The notes beneath the pieces were generated by a model. The model was not told where the DNA came from, did not search any database, and saw nothing but the letters and a program-made list of their open reading frames with translations. A stretch of DNA of 64,000 nt from the human T2T-CHM13v2.0 reference genome, Homo sapiens. Shown here one piece after another: positions 30,187-42,820 of this stretch. The first letter of the stretch is position 1, and each line of letters starts with the position of its first letter. The stretch lies in the NCBI RefSeq assembly GCF_009914755.1, contig NC_060938.1; one strand, 5' to 3'. The translations under genes and the position numbers were made by a program.

Positions 30187-31484
30187 GACCATCGGATCTT
30201 TGACAAAGCTGACAAAAACAAGCAACAGGGAAAGGATTCCCTGTTTAATAAATGGTGGTGGGAGAATTGGCTAGCCATACGCAGAAAACTGAAACTGGAC
30301 CCCTTCCTTACACCCTATAAAAAAATTAAATCAGGCTGGATTAAAGACCTAAATGTAAGACCTAAAACCATAAAAATCCTAGAAGAAAACCTAGGCAATA
30401 CCATTCAGGACACAGGCATGGGCAAAGACTTCATGACTAAAATACCAAAAGCAATGGCAACAAAAGCCAAAATTGACAAATGGGATCTAATTTAACTAAA
30501 GAGCTTCTGCACAGCAAAAGAAACTATCATCAGAGTGAACAGGCAACCTACAGAATAAGAGAACAATTTTTGTAATCTATCCATCTGACAAAGGGCTAAT
30601 ACCCAGAATCTACAAGCAACTTAAATAAATTTACAAGAAAAAAACAACCCCATCAAAAAGTGGGCAAAGGATATGAACAGACACTTCTCAAAAGAAGACG
30701 TTTATGCAGCCAACAAACATGAAAAAAAGCTAATCATCACAGGTCATTAGAGAAATGTAAATCAATACCACAGTGAGATACCATCTCACACCAGGTAGAA
30801 TGTCAATCATTAAAAAGTCAGGAAACAACAGATGCTGGAGAGGATGTGGAGAAATAGAAATGCTTTTACAATGTTGGTGGGAGTGTAAATTTATTCAACC
30901 ATTGTGGAAGACAGTGTGGTGATTCCTCAAGGATCTAGAATTAGAAATACCATTTGACCCAGCAATCCCATTACTGGGTATAAACCCAAAGGATTATAAA
31001 TCATTCTACTATAAAGACACACGCACACGTATGTTTATTGCAGCACTGTTCATAACAGCAAAGACTTGGAACCAACCCTAATGCCCATTAATGATAGACT
31101 GGATTAGCAAAACGTGGCACATATACACCATGGAATACTATGCAGCCATAAAAAAGAGGAGTTCATGTCCTTTGCAGAAACATGCATGAAGCTGGAAACC
31201 ATCATTCTCAGCAAACTAACACAAGAACAGAAAACCTAACATCACATGTTCTCACTCATAAGTGGGAGTTGAACAATGAGAACACATGGACACAAGGGGA
31301 ACATCACACACCAGGGCCTGTCGGGAGGTGGGTGGTAAGGGAGGGATAGCATTAGGAGAAATACCTAATGTAGATGACGGGTTGATGGGTGCAGCAAATC
31401 ACCATGGCACGTTTATACCTATGTAACAAACCTGCACATTCTGCACATGCACCCCAGAACTTAAAGTTCAATAATAAAAAAAAA
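30187..31484 (+). mobile_element. Sense 3' segment of the same L1PA7-like element (ORF2 end, 3'UTR, poly-A)
   Basis: Resumes at 'atcggatctttgacaaa', ~20 nt downstream in L1 coordinates of where the inverted piece begins. 3'UTR 'gtagatgacgggttgatgggtgcagcaaa'. Confidence 0.93.
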
Positions 31485-31875
31485 CGTTGGAAGGTAGCAG
31501 AGGTCAGTTGATGAGATTTCAGAAAAGAAGTGGTCTCTATAATACAAAAATGCAAGGTGAAGATCAAGTACCAATTGAGAATCTGCAGCAAGTTATCCAG
31601 AAGATCTAGCTAAGATAAGTGATAAGGGTGGCTACACTAAACAGATTTTCTACACAGGCATATAGCCTTATGTTGAAAGAAGATGCCATCTAGGACTTTC
31701 ATAGCTAGAAAGGAGAAGTCGATGCTTGTCTTCAAAGTTTTAAAGGACAGGCTATCTTGAGAGGGGCTAATGCAGTTGGTGACTTTAAGTTGAAGCCAGT
31801 GCTTATTTTCCATTACAAAAATTATCGGGCCCTTAAGAATTATGCTAAATCTCCTCCGCCCATGTCTATAAATTA
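31485..31875 (+). mobile_element. Internal Tigger1 transposase fragment (no TIRs), probably L1-transduced
   Basis: 'gcagcaagttatccagaagatctagctaagat', 'aagatgccatctaggactttcatagctag' and 'gggctaatgcagttggtgactttaagttgaagcca' match Tigger1. It lies inside the L1 TSD. Confidence 0.88.
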
Positions 31876-31916
31876 AAAAACAAACAAAAAAAGCAATTTT
31901 CCAAATCTCATCTAAA

Positions 31917-32192
31917 GAGTGTTTCAAATTGTGAGATGTGACCCATTAGGATCATTATATCAATTTAGTGTGTTCAGAAAGTTTCTTCATTTTGTAATGA
32001 AACAGAACAGTGAATATAGTACTAAAAGATTATATCCTGGCATTAAGGAAACTATTGTTTCATGAAACTTTTGGGTCAGTCATAAATATGTGTGCAGTGT
32101 GTGTGTATCCATTGCTACTCACATGTACTAGATAATGACGTATAATGTATTTCTTATAGAAGGTCATGGTCAAAAAAATGTGAAAGCCCCTG
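31917..32192. mobile_element. hAT-Charlie MITE (MER112-like)
   Basis: 'gtttcaaattgtgagatgtgacccattag...ggtcatggtcaaaaaaatgtgaaagcccctg'. Confidence 0.55.
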
Positions 32193-33649
32193 CTTTATAG
32201 AACATGAATGAACATTCATGGGCAGTAGGAGGCTTGAGGAATTCAGTTTTGACCTCAGGAGGAAGAGATAGGCATTTGTGACTCGTGAATCCCTGCTGGG
32301 TGTTATATAGTCTTGCCATGACAAACCAGAAAGTGTCATATTATATGTGACTTGATAGCTTATAAAATCCACTGGCTGGTACTTATTATTTCTGATTCAT
32401 GTGGCCACGAAGAATACAGTCAGGAAAAAATGGAATATATCTATAGTGACTCTGAAGACCAAGATAGGAAGATGAAGGGCTTGGGAGATACAGTTTTTAT
32501 TTTGTCGTTTAGCTGAAATTCAGGACATTTAAACAGAGAGGGGGATATGGGAAGTAAAGAACTAGCTACACAGATGATATAGGACAAGAACGACTTAGTT
32601 TTCTGAACCAAGGATACAAAGCCAAAATGGATTTCTGGCAGGGAAAAGAAATTTTCTCATCAATCTTGAAAGAGTAAGTAGCGCTTGATGGTCCTACTTC
32701 CTTCACTTATTCAATTCCTGTAGTTTGGCTTGAAATGGTGTCTCCAATATCATTAGTGACCTAACTGCCAAGTGCAATGTCCTTTCTTTTTTCTTAATCT
32801 TCATCTTTAATGTTCTTGAAGTATTTTATAAAAACATTTTCTCTTTTCTTGTTCAAACTCCTTTTTGCCTTTTTCTCTTTCTACTCCCCTCCTCCACTTG
32901 TTGGCTTCTTTTTTCCTGCTTTCATTCATTCCTACTATGTGAATTAACTCAAATCTCTAATCTTCATCTAAATCTTCATGGGCTTTAACACGTCCTTTAG
33001 AGGCTACAACTGCTCTTCCAGACTTCAGTGTCACAGTGTAGCCACTGTTCTAATTGTTCTGAGAATGGAACTGGTATAAACAATCATGCACCTGACACCA
33101 AATCATGTATTTTCTCCAAGTATCATAACTCTCAGTCACCGTTTACATGTCTCTTTTTTTCTCTCACCCTCTTTAGTTAGATGCCAATTCCTTTTAATTC
33201 TTTGTTCACGTTGGCTCACATCCAATCCCTTAGGTAATGTAATGTTTCTACCCCTCTTTAAGCTCTTATTGTTTCATATTTCATATCTAGACTCTGACTG
33301 TCAAACCCAGGCAGTGGAATGGAGGATACAAGACATTATACAGTGGAATTCAGGAATAAAATATTAAAACTTCCTTATTTATATCTCCATCCCTATCTAT
33401 TTATATCTATCCATCCAATCTCTTCATGTTGCTGCCAGAGTGACCTTACTAAAATATAAATTTACTATTGTCACACCCTATGTACATCCATTAATTATGT
33501 CTTTTATGGTAATGTGCAGAATCCTTAGCTACATGAATTCATAATCTGGTTACTTTTCTCCACTAATAGCCTAGCCAATCATCTTGTGCCATTCTCTATA
33601 AGCACATGTATTCCTGTATAATTCTCCTACTCTCTTCCTCTCTGTCCCC

Positions 33650-34120
33650 TTTCTTTGTCTGCCTAGCATCCTCTTTAGGGGATCCAGTGGGTGAGTATAT
33701 GACCCAGGCCTTGCCATTCAGAGAACAACCACCTCTGGCCAGAGTGATTGGTTCCCAGGAAGACAGCTGACTGAAGCTGAGTTAAGGAGAAGTATCCAGG
33801 TGACTTCTGTTACAAATTCAGGAAAGAGGCACCTACCCTTTGGGATTGTTTCGCTGGTAGAAAGATAGATGGGTGCTGGTGGTGGTTATCTTTGCCACTA
33901 CTTGGGAGGAATCTGTCTGAGGAAACACAAAAGAAAATGGAAAAGAGATAAAGCCAGATCCCTGTTTAAAAACCTCTGCTGGCCTTTTGAGTTACACGAG
34001 CCAAAGGAAGTAAAGGAAGTCCTTTTTTTGTTTGTTTTGTTTTGTTTTTTGTTTTGCTTCATTTAGGCTAGTTTGAGTTTATCTTCTTTTTATTGCAACT
34101 AAAAGTGACCTACTAATAAG
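33650..34120 (+). mobile_element. ERVL-class LTR (LTR33-like)
   Basis: 'tgacccaggccttgccattcagaga...ctggccagagtgattggttc' with end 'gctagtttgagttt...ttgcaactaaaag'. Confidence 0.6.
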
Positions 34121-34410
34121 ACCTACTCTAGGAAGGCTTTGCTGACCTTCTAGTCAGCTTTGCTAAACATCCTTCCATGTTGCATATTGTTGCTCCTCCA
34201 CTCCCAGCATTCTGGATCTGGTCACAGAGATAGATGAAAACTGTCCTATCAAAAGCCTATCAAACAACAGAGGAAAAACTGTACATCTTTGGCAAAGTCC
34301 AAAGTTAATTTTCTATAAGGATGTTCTCCATCAAATTTAATGAGTTACATAGAAGAAAAAAAGGTCAATTGAAAGTGAAGGATCCTCAAGTATTTCTCAA
34401 TAAACCTAAG

Positions 34411-34414
<4 letters not shown>

Positions 34415-34460
<46 letters not shown>
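34415..34460. repeat. Pure (TA)23 microsatellite
   Basis: Direct reading of the sequence. Confidence 0.98.
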
Positions 34461-34461
<1 letters not shown>

Positions 34462-35098
34462 CAATAAAAAAAAAAAACAACTAATTCAAGCGACAGCCCC
34501 CCTGCTTTCAACATTCTTCTTCCTATAGCTTGAGTTACAGGTTGCTTTAGGCCAACTTCACTGAAAGCAAGGGCATGCCACCAGCATAGAATATGAGAGC
34601 CGTGAGTAAAAACAATTAGGACTGAAAAGATTGAACTCCGTTTTGTTTTCTCCACCTGAAAAGTTTATACCCCTCTTAACTATGGTGTTAATTGGAAATT
34701 AAATGTAGAAAGTTCTAAGTTGCCTCTGGAGAATATTAAATTTAGCTCTAGTCTATCTAAATCTAATGAGAAGTTTGTGAATAAGCATTCTTAAAACAAA
34801 ATCAAAAGAAGACCAAATATAAATTTACCATTCTATGAGCAAGAAACAGAACAGAATCAATATTTTTGATTAGTTACTAAATTTCCCTCCTCTGGTCATC
34901 ACCTGAAATCCAAGATCACAGTTTTTGCTGGTTGTGGGTACAACTAAGTCACCTGTACAGACCTTTCTTATCCTGGCCTAACCCTAATATGATATAAACA
35001 GAGCGAACCAGATATACTAACAGAATATTTAGTCAGGTTTGACTAGTTGGAAGTCCATTCATTTTCTTAAATTGCACTTTAAAAAATGGTGGCATGGT

Positions 35099-35399
35099 GG
35101 CCGGGCACGGTGACTCATCACTATAATCCCAGCACTTTGGGAAGCCAAGGTGGGTGGATCACGAAGTCAGGTGTTCAAGACCAGCCTGGCCAAGATGGTG
35201 AAACCCCGTCACTACTAAAAATACAAAAATTAGCCATGCATGGTGGTGGGTGCCTGTAATCCCAGCTACTTGGGAGGCTGAGGCAGGGAACTGCTTGAAC
35301 TGGGGAGGCAAAAGTTGCAGTGAGCCGAGATTACGCCACTGCGCTCCAGCCTGGGCAATAGAGCCAGACTCTATCTCAAAAAAAAAAATTAAAAAAAAA
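35099..35399 (+). mobile_element. AluSg-like
   Basis: 'ggatcacgaagtcagg...ccagcctggccaagatggtg'. TSD aaaaaatggtggc. Confidence 0.93.
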
Positions 35400-35490
35400 T
35401 GGTGGCTTGTCATTTTTCCTAAAAGGAAGTAATCTATTTTGGCCTCATATTTAGTCACCACTAATAAATGGAGATTAAAACTTCTCAGGG

Positions 35491-35790
35491 GGCTGAGCAC
35501 GGTGGCTCACGCTTGTAATCCCAGCCCTTTGGGAGGCCAAGGTGGGCAGATCACCTAAGGTCAGGAGTTCCAGACACCCTGGTCAACATGGCGAAACTCT
35601 GTCTCTACTAAAAATACAAAAATTAGCCAGAAGTGGTGGTGCGCGCCTGTAATCCCAGGTACTCGGGAGGATGAGTCAGGAAAATCGCTTGAACCCAGGA
35701 GTAAGAGGTCATGGCGAGCAGAAATCACACCACTGCACTCCAGCCTGGGCAACAGAGTGAGACTCTGTCTCAAAAACAAAAACAGAAACC
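35491..35790 (+). mobile_element. AluSx/Sz-like
   Basis: 'gatcacctaaggtcaggagttc'. TSD ac(t/c)tctcaggggg. Confidence 0.93.
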
Positions 35791-38729
35791 ACCTCTCAGG
35801 GGGATAACATAAAGAAGTAGCTGTATTTAGTGTGTGATTTCTACATGTAATTCCCATTAATACTAGAGAACAAATGTGTAAAAAGCTTTATAGAAGGAAG
35901 AGAGGAGAAAATTTTTGAAAGTTTTTACTAAGGCAACCCAAGATCAATTTTGAACAAGAAAAAGAAATCCTTTGTAACCAAAAAGACTAACAAGGTAACA
36001 TGTACTGATGTTAGCAGGATACTAAAATGTACCTTTAAAAACCTTTTTTGAAGGCAAGAACTCTTACGTAAACCAAGTTTAAATTCAAGGCTCCATTGAA
36101 TATCTATTCTACCTCGGTGACAGCGTTAAAAAAAAGTATAAATAGTAACAGGAGACCTGTGTTACTGTTTATAGTTTTTTTCTAATGCTATCACCACAGT
36201 AAAGTACTTTAGATTGATAATTTAGATCTTCCAGAAACATGAAAAAAATTAAGAGTTAATTGGTTTTTAATTCACCTAGTACAAGTTTTAGAAAGGTAAT
36301 TTGTCATTTCTGATCTGACATCGCTTATGGGCATGGCAACTATGGAAGGATTATGGTAGGGGATATAGAAAATGATAGGGAGAGGAAATTGGTTTTGAGT
36401 CTCCTTAGATTGTACATCAACATTCTTTTGTTGTTGTTGTTTGCAGGCTTTACTGCCCTATTCACATTTATGCTTGTCAGCAAATTTCCCTTGGCTACAT
36501 TCAAAAGGCAGCTGTTCATCCACACTCCTCAATGAATAAATATATCAAAGCCAATTCTTGGCCTGGGGACATGATCTGATTTCTAGAAGAGTTGCCAGCT
36601 TCCTTCTTTTAAGAGACTCAGTATATCACTTGGACCCCAGCAGCTTACATACTTATTTATTTTTGAGTTAACTATTACTATATTCCAAAAACAATACTAC
36701 AAAAGTAGGGTAATCAATGTTGAGATGCCAAGGCTCAAATAAACAAGTAATGCAATTAGTTAACATCTTAAAATAAGAATGATGCAGATTCCTTCCTAAA
36801 AGTTTATAACAGGTACAATAAATGTGGTACCTTTATGAGAAGAAGTCCGGTTGATCAAGAATTTGAAACAGGCACAAGCAACTAGCAGAACCTGTCTCAT
36901 GAGGTCCATCAGTGCTATTTTGAGAAGGGAACACCATGGACAAAATCACATTAGCTACGAAGCTTTTCTACCACCCTAGATGAACAGTTAGCTCTCACAG
37001 CAATGCTTAAAGTTACATAATGAGACTGCTGACAGGGGACAGGGAGCAACCAGACTGCACAATGCAACTTTTGTTTCAATGTTAACTGACCCACATGAGC
37101 AGAAAGTATAATAAACATGGCCTGTGACTACTAGAGGAAACAAATTTAGAGACATGTTTAGAAAGACAGTAGAAAGAGTATTGTGACAAGTGGTAAAATG
37201 TTTTCAAAGGACAAAGTTATTGAAAAATCTAACTTCCCATCAAGGAAGTGGCAAACCTTTTACCAGAAAATAAAATTTGCTAATTAAGATAAAATTGTAA
37301 GGTACAAATAGGTCATAGTTCAGTTGGAGAAGAACATTCTAGAGAGAAAAGTGGCAAGATTTGGTAATAATTTTTTCCTACAGCAGGAAAGGGGTCAAAA
37401 AAAAATACAGTTTCTAAAATGGCCCTCTCTGTCTCAAAATAATTTATCTTAACATGCATTAAAATTCATCCTTATTACCTGCTTAAAGGTCTGGGTTTCC
37501 AATTGAAGTGTATGCTTCCTGAGTACATGGAGCTTGGCACATAACAAGGGCACCATATATATTTGTTAAATGAATAAAGACACGCATGCATTGGTATGCA
37601 AGTAGAAAAATCACAGCATTAATGCCATCATTTATGGCTTTCCTTCACTTAACATGCCTTACTGATATCTATAACTCCGTGGTCTACTCAGTTGAGAGTT
37701 CGCCCACTTTAAAAGTTTGAAGTTATTACACCAACTAAAATGAAAAGCACTTACTAATCCAAACAATTATGGTATTACTATAAAACCTTAACAATGCATT
37801 TATATTTTAACCAATAGCAGAGGCCAGTACCAATCGGTTACAGTGAAAACTAGTGACTCAGGTGTGTACTATTAGCAGCATTTGCTTTTTAAGAATTTCT
37901 GTAAAACAATTCTAAATAATGATGACACTCAATTTCCAAGTCAGATGTGCAATTATATGACATACCACCCATACTTACAATTTCTCAATTATCATGACGG
38001 ATTTTGTCTACCCATGCCCCCTTATCAGGGGGTTTGGGAGGTCTTTTACTGAAGTACAACCCTAGACTTTCCTGGAATCCAAGTTCATTTAACTGAAATG
38101 TTCTCAGAACTGAACAGTATGTGGTAAAGCCTGTGTTGACCAGGGATTGCAGATCTGATGGCATGTGGTAAATGCTTACAAATGGATAGGGAGGTCTTCT
38201 GTGTACGCAAAGGTATTAACATTGAATTAGCTAGGTTATACCATCATAAGTTTATTTTATCCCCTCTTCCTTTCTTTACCCATATACTCTAAATCTCTCA
38301 AAGACAGAACAGAACCTGACTTTGAGATATGAAAAGATTTAAATAACAGGACAGAGCTCACTGCACTTCAAACACGTCACTGTATTTTGTCTCTGTAAAA
38401 TTTAAAGCCTTCAGCTTCTACATATTACATGAATTAACATGTCAGTGTATATGTTAAAATATTTTTTGCTTATTGTATTATGAGTTCTGAGATATAAATG
38501 CCATAGGTGATATCAATCTTGAGAAAGCCGTGCCATTTTCTACATGAGACACTTGCCAATGATAAAAAATATAAAGTTAGATCTCTTATCAGATCTTACA
38601 ACTGCAGTGATAAATCTGGAAGAGTTTATAACTAATATAAATACAGCCTACATCATATTTGGGTATAGACAGACGCATGCTAAACAGCAACTCAAAAGAA
38701 CTACCAGATCATTACCTTGTTGAGTGAAA

Positions 38730-38910
38730 AGCTTCAATGACAACATTGATTACATATGATTTTCAGGTACTATGCTAAGCACAGCCAATTCTCACAATAG
38801 TCTTATAAGGTATTGAAAGTTATTTTCCATGTTTTATGCATGAGAGGAAACTGAGGGTTAGAAATGTTACTAATATGTAACATTCTCAAAGTCACATAGC
38901 AAGTGCTACA
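38730..38910 (-). mobile_element. MIR
   Basis: 'gaggaaactgagggttaga...tcaaagtcacatagc'. Confidence 0.7.
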
Positions 38911-40921
38911 CTGATTTGGCTATCTTAGCCATTTGGCTATCCTGTCTCTTCAGCACATTCTTCCTACACATACACCCTGAGACATTCAGCAATATTTTAT
39001 CTACACTACCAATTTTACTCCAAAAAAATTCTACTCAATAGCATTAGCCGAGTCACTGCTTTGTCATAAAAACAAAATTCATATTCTTATCTACTGCCTT
39101 ACACAGGTCTTTCCACAGACCCTTCAACACATGTAGCAGAGGAATCCCATAAAAGCCAATACAGTGCTACATAGTAACCCAGCGTCACTGAAGACGTCAT
39201 TGCTGAATAAAAGTTCATTTGCTTGAAGCTGGGCGTGGCTACTCAATGAAATAGAAATATGGGATTAAGCAATGGAACTAGTAAGCTTTCCGAAAGGAAT
39301 AGTTTAAAATAAAACGTGCTCCCCCCCACAGAAAAATCAACAGCATCCATCTTTCCTCCTCTTCTGCTCCATTTTCAACAATGCCATGGCATTATTTGAA
39401 TGTTTAAAACTAAAAAAATCTACTGGTTTGTTGTACTATTAATTTCATTGCTGGATCACCCCTAGATCTTAAAGCCATCATCAATATACTTCAAGAGTAC
39501 TTTAAAGATACAGGAGGTCCTGGCAACCACAGTGGAAGCAGGAAGTTGCTCTTAGGTAATGAATCTTTTTAACTGGAGATACAGTTCTGATTGCGATAGA
39601 GCCTAAACTGAAGTCTCCCTCTTAAGAATAAAAACAACAAAAATAGTGGAAATTGTTTTCAACGAGAATATTTGTATAGCTAAGATGTCAAATTATTTGT
39701 AAGAACTTCAGATGCACATTTTACCTGTATACAATATAAATAAACTGTGAATACAGGTTAGCACTGCCCTTTATACAAATATTCTGAAATTATAATTCTT
39801 ATCTTTTCATTAAAGCAGGTTTTTGCTAGGCAGTTGGACTTCAAATAAATATATGTATTAAGCAATATAAGTACTTTTTCCTAGAGTGCTTTATACTTTA
39901 TAATTCAAAATTTTCATTAATGTTGCCTCTCAACTTCAATTAATGAGATTTAAAAAATGATCAGAATAACCGACAAAATATGAATGCAAAGTGTCTTGTG
40001 GAGGGTGAATAAAATTGCTTAATGGACTGAAAAACATCAATTGCTTAATTATACAGAATACATTGAGCTGAAACAATATCACTCAGTTTCTATTAAATCT
40101 TCCATCAGCAGAGATAGAAGCTTCCTGGCTGCTTGGAGAAACATTTTTTCCAGATCTAGGAAGACTACATGATTTTCAGATACGAGCAACATGATCTCAG
40201 CTGAATGCGTGGGAAACATAGCACTGAGAAAATTTCAAATGACCCTGTATCAGAGTACATTTGTTGAAACACTGATGAAAAATGGGTATGTACATCATTT
40301 GTGAGCACAAAAATATTTAGGAAAGTTAGTCTAATTAGTTTATGCCATGAAAAGTGGCTGATTTACATGTTTTATAGTGGCAAATCTGCTTGTTTCTGTT
40401 TAGAATAGAAAATATTAAGCACACTTTTAAACCTTTAACTTTAAAGTCTAAAATTGAGTTTATGCCTAAGAAATAACATTGCAGTCTCTAGAGACAGTAA
40501 TTTACTATCCTTCTTAATTATTGGCTAACTACAATTTTTTAAAATCAACTATGTTTGAAGAATTATTACTCACTGTGACCCTAGTTTTTGCAAGAGTGAA
40601 GACAGACTATCAAAGCCAATCTCTACCTTGTTCACTCAACAATATAAGCCATGTATCCAGCCTTTAATTTGACAGTGTGTAGTTAAATAGAGGATTTGCA
40701 ACACTGCAAATCAAGAAAAATGGAAAATAAAGAGTTGTCTATGTAACTATATTCTGTAGCTTATAATATAATGATTATTTTTCCATACATAATAATTAGA
40801 TGGCAGACAATGGGATAACATATCTTTTTTAAAACTGAAGGAGGAAAAATAACACATTAGACATGCTCCTTGTGGTAAAAGTAATCTCATGTAGGTCTTA
40901 AGGACCACATTAATATTAGTA

Positions 40922-41117
40922 CCAGCACTTTACAATAGAACTTTCTGCAATGATAGAAATGTCCTATATCTGAGCTGTCAAATACAAGAATCATTAAACA
41001 AATGTGGCTACCAAGTACCTGAAATGTGGCCAGTGCAACTGAGGCACTGAAATTTTCATTTTATTTAACAAATAGTCACTCATGGCCAGTTGCTTGTATA
41101 CTGGAAAAGCAGTTCTA
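40922..41117. mobile_element. MER3 (hAT-Charlie MITE)
   Basis: 'caatagaactttctgcaatgatagaaatgtcctatatctg...gaaatgtggccagtgcaactgaggcactgaaatttt'. Confidence 0.85.
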
Positions 41118-41170
41118 AACTTCTTTTTGTACCATCCTTGACAATGACAGTGTTGAATAATTCTATCACT

Positions 41171-41538
41171 GTATTATGTTTTGTTACAGTAATAAACAAC
41201 CCCAATGTGTAATTAGAAATTATTTTTCACCATGCTCCTTGCAGTCTTCACTACAGGCCCCGGGCTGAGAGAGCAGGCTCTCTAGGATATTGTCAGCCTC
41301 ATGTCAGAGGCAAAGAAAAGAGAAACTGCAGGCTGCAACTGGCTTTAAACATTTCTGTTTAAAGGTAATTCATGTCATGTCCACAAATATTTTATTGGTT
41401 AAAACTAGCATGACCTCTCTTGATTTCAATAGGATGGAGGCTAATGTCACATAGCAAAACTGATGTCAACGGGACCAGGCAATATGATCCACCTCCAGGG
41501 AGAAGTAGCAAAAGTTTTCAAAACAGTACAATCTACCA
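41171..41538 (-). mobile_element. MLT1H/I-like LTR
   Basis: 'tgttacagtaataaacaacccc...ttattggttaaaactagca...aacagtacaatctacca'. Confidence 0.65.
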
Positions 41539-41729
41539 TAAGAATAAAATTTTGATTTCAGTCAATGAACATATGTTTTGCTTCAAACTGTTTGCCAGAT
41601 AGGATATAAAATGACCCTAGATCTGATAATTTGCTATTTTCCAGCCACCTTCCGATAATAATAATAACCACAATGATATCAATCACAATAAAAACAGCAG
41701 TAACAGAAATTAGAAGAGGAACAATAGCA

Positions 41730-41960
41730 CTAGCACTGACTGAGCCTCTTCTCTGTGCGAGGCACTACCAAAGATGTTATACATAGACTATTGCACTGAA
41801 TTCTCACAACTCCATGAGGTTGGCATCGTTTCCCTAACCCCCCTACAAGGGAGGAAGCTGAGGCTCAGGCCTGCAGCCAGAGAGCTAGGAAACTGCAGAG
41901 CCCAATTATAATCACAGATGGTTCACATAGGATTGGCCTCAAGTCTTGTTCTTGTCCCAC
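41730..41960 (-). mobile_element. MIR
   Basis: 'actgagcctcttctctgtgcgaggcact...aattctcacaac...gaggaagctgaggctcag'. Confidence 0.7.
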
Positions 41961-42624
41961 AATACAGCACTGGTACCCCAATGCCTGGCATCAGGGTTGC
42001 TCTTTATTAATTGTTATACCAGTATTTAGAGGCAGCTCCAGTGCCAAATTTATCTGCTAACTCTTACCCTAAACTGCCCACCGCCTACATCTCTACAATT
42101 CCAAAATTCTCAGCAGCCCCCAATATAAATATCACCCATATCTGCCCCTGGCAGAAAGATACTAAATCAATTTTCTCACCACCTTTCTTGGAAAATGTGC
42201 ACTTCTAGGGCTCATTTGCCACCTCACATTGCGGTTCAGCCTAGAATATGGGTTGACATTAATTATGGACAATAATCTAGGTAATACCTAAAAATCAGAA
42301 ATAGGAGACACCCTCTGATCTAGATGTCCTAAAAAAGATGGTGAGGGCCTCAAGAAAAGAAAAGAAGGCCTCAAGGCCTTCTGGCAGCGGGTGTCAGAAG
42401 CAATAGACAGAGTTCAGGTCAAACTCAACCCTTTGCAGGGCTTGAAAACAACCAAACTCACAGATTCTAAGGAAACCAGTGCATCAGAGAGTTTAGCAAA
42501 TTAGCTATTTTAACAGTGAGCAAGCTGAGAAAGAGCTATCAGAGGGACATAGCCAGCAAGCTGATATTCTGGCTAAAAAAGAGGTCACAAAGCAGAGACA
42601 GAATATGAGGGCAAAAAAAAAAAT

Positions 42625-42820
42625 ACTGTATTAATTATTGACCACATAGGACCCTGTGCTGAACAACTACTTACAATAGCTCTAAGAGGTTGACATTATT
42701 TATCTCCATTTTGCAAATGAGGAAACTGTGGCCATGGAAGGATAAATTGATTGTCCTGGTCACAAAGTGGTAGAGAAAGGATTCAATCAAAGCTAGGTCT
42801 ATCTGACTTCAGGAATGAAT
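42625..42820 (-). mobile_element. MIR
   Basis: 'tatctccattttgcaaatgaggaaactgtggc...ggattcaa...aggtctatctgact'. Confidence 0.75.

Noticed and set aside
30093-30495. Apparent fusion ORFs on both strands
   Set aside because: They are chance read-through across the L1 inversion junction.
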